DNA of 64,000 bases from Trueperaceae bacterium (lineage in GTDB: Bacteria > Deinococcota > Deinococci > Deinococcales > Trueperaceae). The translations under genes were made by a program, and so were the position numbers. A model generated the notes under the pieces. It was not told where the DNA came from. It saw only the letters and a list, made by a program, of their open reading frames with translations, and ran no database searches. Where the stretch lies: NCBI GenBank assembly GCA_965213925.1, contig OZ243927.1:1120001-1184000 (forward strand), written 5' to 3'. Shown piece after piece: positions 58,785 to 64,000 of this stretch (position 1 is the stretch's first letter; each line of letters starts with the position of its first letter).

Positions 58785-59752
58785 TCCGTCATTGAGTCCT
58801 CCCGCAACCACCTCACCTGCTCCAACCTCTGAAAACTCTCCCCACCCTCATGGTTGTTGTAAGGATAGACGCGAATATCCTTTTCGCCCGCGTAGTGGTT
58901 GTGCGCCGCAAAAACAGTCGAAGGTGGACAGGTGAGGTCCATCAGCGCAACGGAGAAGAGGGCTGGAGCGTTGGCTCGAGCCGCGAAGTTCACCCCATCA
59001 AAATAGCTGAGCGTCTGAAAAACAGTCTCAACCTTGTCTCGGTGGATTTTGCAGAAGTGCGCGATTTCAGCGTAGGGCGCGTTGTCGGTGATTTGGGTGG
59101 CGCGGCGGTAGTGGCATAAGAAGGGCACGTCGGGCATGACGGCGCTGACCTCTTGAACGAGTCCAGCGACGGCGAGTGAGACACCGCCTCCTTGACTCTG
59201 ACCTGTAACGATAAGTCGGTCTGCGTCAACCTCTTCGCGCTCTTTCACAGCGTCCAAGGCGCGTAATGCATCTACAATCAAACGGCGGTAGTAGTACGTG
59301 TGCGGGTCTAAAACCCCCAAGGTCATAAAACCGGGGTGGTGGGGGCTCGAGCTGTCAAACACGTCCGGCGTATCCCCTTGCCGCCACGCGCTCCCTTGAC
59401 CTCGCGTGTCCATGACGAAGTAGGCGTAGCCCATGCTCGCCCAGAAGAGCCAGTCCGCGGGGAAGCCGCGCCCGCCGCCGTAGCCGATGTATTCGGTGAT
59501 GCATGGAAGCGGCGTGTCACGCTGTTTCGGGAGTAGAAACCAGCCTCTGACGCGCTGCCCGCCGTAACCCGAAAAGGTCACGTCGAACGCCTCTACTGTA
59601 ACTAAGCCGTAATCTGCTGGCTCAAAAACCGCGTTAAGGTCGAACTGACGCGCCTCTTCCAATGAACGCTGCCAAAAGGAATCAAAGTCGTCCGGCTCTT
59701 GGCGCGGTGGCTTGTAGGTTCGGAGTTCTTCTAATGGGAGGTCGAAGCGCAT
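58781..59752 (-). CDS. acetylxylan esterase / cephalosporin-C deacetylase (CE7)
   Basis: [25 protein letters not shown]. Confidence 0.92.
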   Translation of the reverse strand: MRFDLPLEELRTYKPPRQEPDDFDSFWQRSLEEARQFDLNAVFEPADYGLVTVEAFDVTFSGYGGQRVRGWFLLPKQRDTPLPCITEYIGYGGGRGFPADWLFWASMGYAYFVMDTRGQGSAWRQGDTPDVFDSSSPHHPGFMTLGVLDPHTYYYRRLIVDALRALDAVKEREEVDADRLIVTGQSQGGGVSLAVAGLVQEVSAVMPDVPFLCHYRRATQITDNAPYAEIAHFCKIHRDKVETVFQTLSYFDGVNFAARANAPALFSVALMDLTCPPSTVFAAHNHYAGEKDIRVYPYNNHEGGESFQRLEQVRWLREDSMTD

Positions 59753-59819
59753 GGGGTCCTCGAGAGGGTCGTAATGACGCTAAGATAGCATTGCTCGAGC
59801 TTGAACGAAGCTGAACGCC

Positions 59820-61124
59820 TCATCCGCTCATCTGCCCTGGTAAGAACATCACGATGCCTGGAAAGAGCGTAATCAGCGCGGTGAGCCCCAACAAGATAAG
59901 AAAAAAGGGAAACGCGGCTTTCGCGACAAAGCCGATGGAGTGCTTGCTGATCCCTTGAATCACGAAGAGGTTGAACCCGACGGGCGGCGTAATCTGCGCC
60001 GTCTCGACCATCAAAACGAGAAAGATACCGAACCAGAGCGGTGAGAAGCCTGCCGTTTCGATTAGAGGTAAAGTGATGGGCAGCGTCACGACGATCATGG
60101 AAATGCCGTCCAAGAAGTAGCCCAAAATGATGTAGAAAATCACGAGTACCGCGATGAGCGCGTACGCGGCGAGGTCCAAACTAGCGATCCACTGCGCGAG
60201 TGCCCTGGGCAGTCCCAAAAATCCCATCGCCGTCGCCAATACCTGCGCTCCCGCGACGATAAAGCCGATCATGCACGTCGTCCTGACCGCGCCCAGCGTC
60301 GCGTCAATAAAGCCGCGCCACGTAAGCGTGCGGTAGGCGAGCGCTAAGAGGAGCGCGCCAAAAACGCCGATGGCGGCGGACTCTGTGGGCGTCGCCCAGC
60401 CGAGGTAGATGCTGCCCAAAACGGCGATGATGAGGAGCACGACGGGCAAGAGGTCTAAAAGACCACTCAGGCGCTGCTTCCAGGTGTAGTTTTCGCCCAA
60501 ATCGTCGGGCGTCATACCGGGGCGCATGACACTGACAACGGCGAGGTACGCCATGAAGCTGCCTGCGAGTAAAATGCCGGGGATGATGCCCGCGATGAAG
60601 AGCTGCCCGATGGAGACGCTCGCCAAGACCCCGTAGATGATCATGACCAGTGAAGGCGGAATCAGAAAGCCGAGCGTGCCCGCGCCGCCGAGCGAGCCAA
60701 GGGCTAAGCGGTCATCGTAGCCGCGCTCTTTGAGTTCGGGCACGGTAATTTTGCCAATCGTCGCTGCCGTTGCCGCCGATGAACCCGACACGGCGGCGAA
60801 AATCGCGCTCGCTACAACGTTGACGTGCAAAAGCCCGCCGGGGAGCTTGCCGAGCCAGGGTGAGAGCCCCTGAAACATCTTTTCTGAAATCTTCGTTTTG
60901 ATGAGCAGCTCGCCCATGAAGATGAAAAGAGGAAGCGCCACGAGCGCCCAGTTGTTGACGCTGTTCCAGCCAATCGAAGAGAGGATGTTGAGGGGCGGTG
61001 TCGGGGTGAAGAGGTAAATCGCAGACATCGCCATGAGAAAGAGCGACACGGCGACCCAGATGCTGAGCCCCAAGAGGATAAAGAGCAGCGGAACGATAAT
61101 CGCAGTGACGACGAGTAGGTCCAC
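59820..61124 (-). CDS. dctM: TRAP transporter large permease
   Basis: SGSSAATAA, LIPPS, TPTESAA, ITPPVG. Confidence 0.92.
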   Translation of the reverse strand: MDLLVVTAIIVPLLFILLGLSIWVAVSLFLMAMSAIYLFTPTPPLNILSSIGWNSVNNWALVALPLFIFMGELLIKTKISEKMFQGLSPWLGKLPGGLLHVNVVASAIFAAVSGSSAATAATIGKITVPELKERGYDDRLALGSLGGAGTLGFLIPPSLVMIIYGVLASVSIGQLFIAGIIPGILLAGSFMAYLAVVSVMRPGMTPDDLGENYTWKQRLSGLLDLLPVVLLIIAVLGSIYLGWATPTESAAIGVFGALLLALAYRTLTWRGFIDATLGAVRTTCMIGFIVAGAQVLATAMGFLGLPRALAQWIASLDLAAYALIAVLVIFYIILGYFLDGISMIVVTLPITLPLIETAGFSPLWFGIFLVLMVETAQITPPVGFNLFVIQGISKHSIGFVAKAAFPFFLILLGLTALITLFPGIVMFLPGQMSG

Positions 61125-61125
61125 G

Positions 61126-61647
61126 CTAGAGCCCTCCTACGGCTTGACCGGGCGCGTCGTCCGGCGTTTGTTCGGTCCAGGACTCGAGTAAGAGCCCTAA
61201 AAACTGCAAAAAGAGCAGCGCCGAGCCCAGGAAGATCATCGCGTGAGGAACCGCAAGAGGTGTACGAGACGGCATAAAAGAGCGCGTGCCGTTGACGAAA
61301 GAGTCCCAAAAGAGGGCGAAAAAGGCGTAGGTGAGTAGCGCGGCGAAGACCACACCGATGGTAAGGGCGAAGCGCTCGAGCCAGAGCCGCGCTCTACCGT
61401 CCAACCACTCGCGCAAAATCTCCACCCGGATGTGCTCTTTATGAATGAGCGTATAGGCCGCGCCCAAGTAGATCATCCCCGCGAGCGCGTAACCCGAGAA
61501 CTCCTCGGCGACCTGCGTCGAGCTGTTAAAGAGGAGCCGCAGAACGATTTCTAAGAGGATGAGCGCCGATGTGCCGACCATCAGCACGCCCGCTAAATAG
61601 CCGCCCCCTTTGGAGAGGAGGCGGATTCCTTTTAGCGCGGTGTTCAT
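61126..61647 (-). CDS. dctQ: TRAP transporter small permease
   Basis: 4 TM helices, EE..Y, HIRVE. Confidence 0.88.
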   Translation of the reverse strand: MNTALKGIRLLSKGGGYLAGVLMVGTSALILLEIVLRLLFNSSTQVAEEFSGYALAGMIYLGAAYTLIHKEHIRVEILREWLDGRARLWLERFALTIGVVFAALLTYAFFALFWDSFVNGTRSFMPSRTPLAVPHAMIFLGSALLFLQFLGLLLESWTEQTPDDAPGQAVGGL

Positions 61648-62651
61648 CAGTTGCTGTTGCCGCCTGTACTACTGCCACTGCTGTCAAACGTGTTAAGAAC
61701 CTGCTGCCCCTCTTGTCCCGCGTCGCTCAGCCAGCTCTCTTTAAGCGAATCCGCGACCTCTTGCATCGCGCTGTTTAACTCGCTACTCACTTCGTTCACG
61801 ACGGTGATACCGTTCTCGGTCAGCGTGCTCTGCGAGTCTTGGTCGGCTTGGCGCGACGCTTCCCACTGCATCTGCTCGACCTCTTGCGCCGCTTCTAAAA
61901 GCGCGTCTTGCGCCTCTTGCGGCAGATTGCTGAACATATCGGCGTTGACCGTCACCATGTTCAGCGGAAAGGCGTAGTTGATGCGCTCGAAGTAGTCCGT
62001 GACCTCCCAGAGCGAGGCGTCTACGCCCGTCGGGGTGGAGGTCAGTACAGAGTTGACGAGCCCTGTCGAGAGCGCGGTGAAGAGTTCGCTAAAGGGAATC
62101 GCCACCCCTTGCGCGTCCAGACCTTCCACGAACTCGGCGCTGTTCGAGTCATAGGTGCGGACCTTGAGGTCGCCGAAGCCGCCCGGCGTGGTCACTTCAT
62201 TTTTAGTGAACATGCCGCTCGGGGGCCAGGGGACGGCGTAGAGGAGCATCTGGTTGTTTCGCTCTAAAGCTGCCTCGTACGCAGGCTTTGCCGCTTTGTA
62301 GAGGGCGCGCGACCCCTCGTAGTCCTCCACCAAAAGCGGTAAAGAGGTCAGCCCGAAGATCGGCTCGGTGCCCTGCACGTTGCCCATCAACACTTCAGCA
62401 ATCGGCAGCGTTCCGTTACGCACTACGCGCAAAATCTCCTGCCCTTCGAAGCCCAGCGAGCCGCCGCTATTCACGACGATTTCCAACTGCCCGTTCGACC
62501 TCTCGCTGACGAGGTTCGCAAATTCCATCACCCCTTGCGTGTGAAAGTTGCTCTCGGGCCACGCCACGTGCATGTTCCAGCGGGTTTGGGCGAATACGCT
62601 CGTCGCGCCGATGAAAAGAAATACGGTAAGAATCGTTTTGACAATCTTCAC
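61647..62651 (-). CDS. dctP: TRAP substrate-binding protein
   Basis: signal peptide, LKVRTY, ELFTALSTG; GGGAGG RBS before GTG 62651. Confidence 0.88.
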   Translation of the reverse strand: MKIVKTILTVFLFIGATSVFAQTRWNMHVAWPESNFHTQGVMEFANLVSERSNGQLEIVVNSGGSLGFEGQEILRVVRNGTLPIAEVLMGNVQGTEPIFGLTSLPLLVEDYEGSRALYKAAKPAYEAALERNNQMLLYAVPWPPSGMFTKNEVTTPGGFGDLKVRTYDSNSAEFVEGLDAQGVAIPFSELFTALSTGLVNSVLTSTPTGVDASLWEVTDYFERINYAFPLNMVTVNADMFSNLPQEAQDALLEAAQEVEQMQWEASRQADQDSQSTLTENGITVVNEVSSELNSAMQEVADSLKESWLSDAGQEGQQVLNTFDSSGSSTGGNSN

Positions 62652-62907
62652 AGCAGACCTCCCGAATGAACGTGTGAGAAACTTAACCCCGATTATGTCA
62701 CTATCTGGCGTTAAACGACAAGGTACACCCGCCGGAGCATTCGCCTGTCGTGCGGGATTTCGAGCAGACCGAGGGCGGCGCGGCTCGAGCCTCAAAATCC
62801 TCCTCTTTGCACGTCTGCGCATAAGTTCGCGTTTTGCGGTATAACCTGGACATGAAATTGACAGCGTGGGTAGGTCATAGCGTAGGTCAAGAGGTCAGGA
62901 GCCGCGC

Positions 62908-64000
62908 ATGAGCGTTCTCGTCGGCGTGGATACGGGCGGGACGTTTACGGACATCGTGTGGTTTGAGGGTGGTGCGTTGCGCGTCCACAAAGTTCTTTCG
63001 ACGCCGGAAGACCCGTCCAAGGCGATTTTGGAAGGCTTAAAGGCGCTAGGTAGATTGGACGAATTGGACGCTCTAGTGCACGGCTCGACGGTGGCGACGA
63101 ACGCCGTATTGGAACACCGGGGCGCACGAACGGGGCTCATCACGACAGCGGGCTTTCGAGATGTACTCGAGATAGGACGCCAAACCCGCCCCAAGTTGTA
63201 CGACTTGCGCCAGGAGAAGGAGCCGCCCTTAGTTCCCAGGGAACGCCGCGTGGAGGTTGTCGAAAGGTTGAACGAGCGCGGTGAGGTGATGACCGAGCTA
63301 GATGAGGCGTCCCTGGAAAAAGCGATTCAGGCGTTGAAAGGTGAAGAGGTCGAATCCGTCGCTATCTGCTTGCTTTTCAGCTTTACCAATCCCGCTCACG
63401 AGCAAGAGGTCGCTAAAGCTGCGAAGTCTCTGGGTGTACCTATCTCCGTTTCATCCGAAGTCGTTCCCGAATTTCGCGAGTTTGAACGTACCAGCACAGT
63501 CGTCTTGAACGCTTACGTCGTGCCCGTGATGGGTCGGTATTTGGAGCGGCTCGAGTCCTCTCTGTCCGAAAGTCTCCTCTTCCGGGTGATGCAGAGTAAC
63601 GGGGGGTCTATCTCGAGCCAAACCGCGCGTCAAAACGCTGCCCGCACCCTCTTGTCCGGTCCAGCGGCGGGCGTGGTCGGCGCGGCGTTCGTAGCGGGCG
63701 CGTCCGGGTTCGACAAGGTCATCAGCTTCGACACGGGCGGGACCTCTTCGGATGTGGCGCTCATAGATGGCGAGCTGAGCGAGACCACCGAGGGTAAGGT
63801 GGGCGGCTACCCGTGCAAGCTGCCGATGATCGATATTCACACGGTTGGGGCGGGCGGCGGCAGCGTGGCGTGGTTCGATGCGGGCGGGGCGCTCCGCGTG
63901 GGTCCCAAGTCAGCGGGCGCGGACCCCGGACCGGCGGCGTACGGCAACGGGGGCGAAGAGGCGACCTTGACGGACGCGAACGTGGTGTTGGGGCGGCTTT
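62908..64000 (+). CDS. hydantoinase/oxoprolinase A subunit (partial; runs off the window, absent from the ORF track)
   Basis: MSVLVGVDTGGTFTD, HGSTVATNA, LSGPAAG, DTGGTSSDV, TVGAGGGS; AGGAG RBS. Confidence 0.92.
   Translation, partial: MSVLVGVDTGGTFTDIVWFEGGALRVHKVLSTPEDPSKAILEGLKALGRLDELDALVHGSTVATNAVLEHRGARTGLITTAGFRDVLEIGRQTRPKLYDLRQEKEPPLVPRERRVEVVERLNERGEVMTELDEASLEKAIQALKGEEVESVAICLLFSFTNPAHEQEVAKAAKSLGVPISVSSEVVPEFREFERTSTVVLNAYVVPVMGRYLERLESSLSESLLFRVMQSNGGSISSQTARQNAARTLLSGPAAGVVGAAFVAGASGFDKVISFDTGGTSSDVALIDGELSETTEGKVGGYPCKLPMIDIHTVGAGGGSVAWFDAGGALRVGPKSAGADPGPAAYGNGGEEATLTDANVVLGRL

Noticed and set aside
1..64000. tRNA, rRNA, transposase, integrase or prophage genes
   Set aside because: None recognised by eye; tRNAscan/Infernal not run

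Overview
A ~57% GC bacterial chromosomal window that looks like Deinococcota, probably Trueperaceae-like. This is inferred from the CrtO/CrtI, MqnB and TopIB genes, the many apparently leaderless genes and the abundance of CTCGAG. Housekeeping blocks: crtO/crtI, gcvT-H-PA-PB, mqnB, ftsY-gltX, uppP, rplM-rpsI, hpt, moaD-E fusion, hrcA, mrpA-G, crp, a TRAP transporter and a hydantoinase running off the right end. Accessory blocks: a helicase-less type ISP/IIG-like R-M enzyme with a TA cluster (6.4-10.6 kb), a second TA cluster with decaying DUF433 genes (56.5-58.8 kb), a general-stress cluster with topoisomerase IB, an arsR-arsC-aquaporin operon and an orphan aceK. The most striking locus is 16.5-20.9 kb. 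It holds an unannotated 38-aa secreted pre-peptide gene (signal peptide + 17-aa mature part, own RBS and terminator) convergent with an ~800-aa helical-repeat/winged-helix regulator. Upstream of the peptide gene are a perfect 40-bp palindrome and 11-bp-phased CTTAGC repeats; a divergent 55-aa ORF and an HD-GYP gene flank the locus. Together these suggest a peptide-signalling (quorum-sensing-like) system. Other non-ORF signals are a leader peptide upstream of a RIO kinase, a twice-repeated ~77-nt structured element and REP-like hairpin repeats. All product calls come from motif recognition, not database searches.
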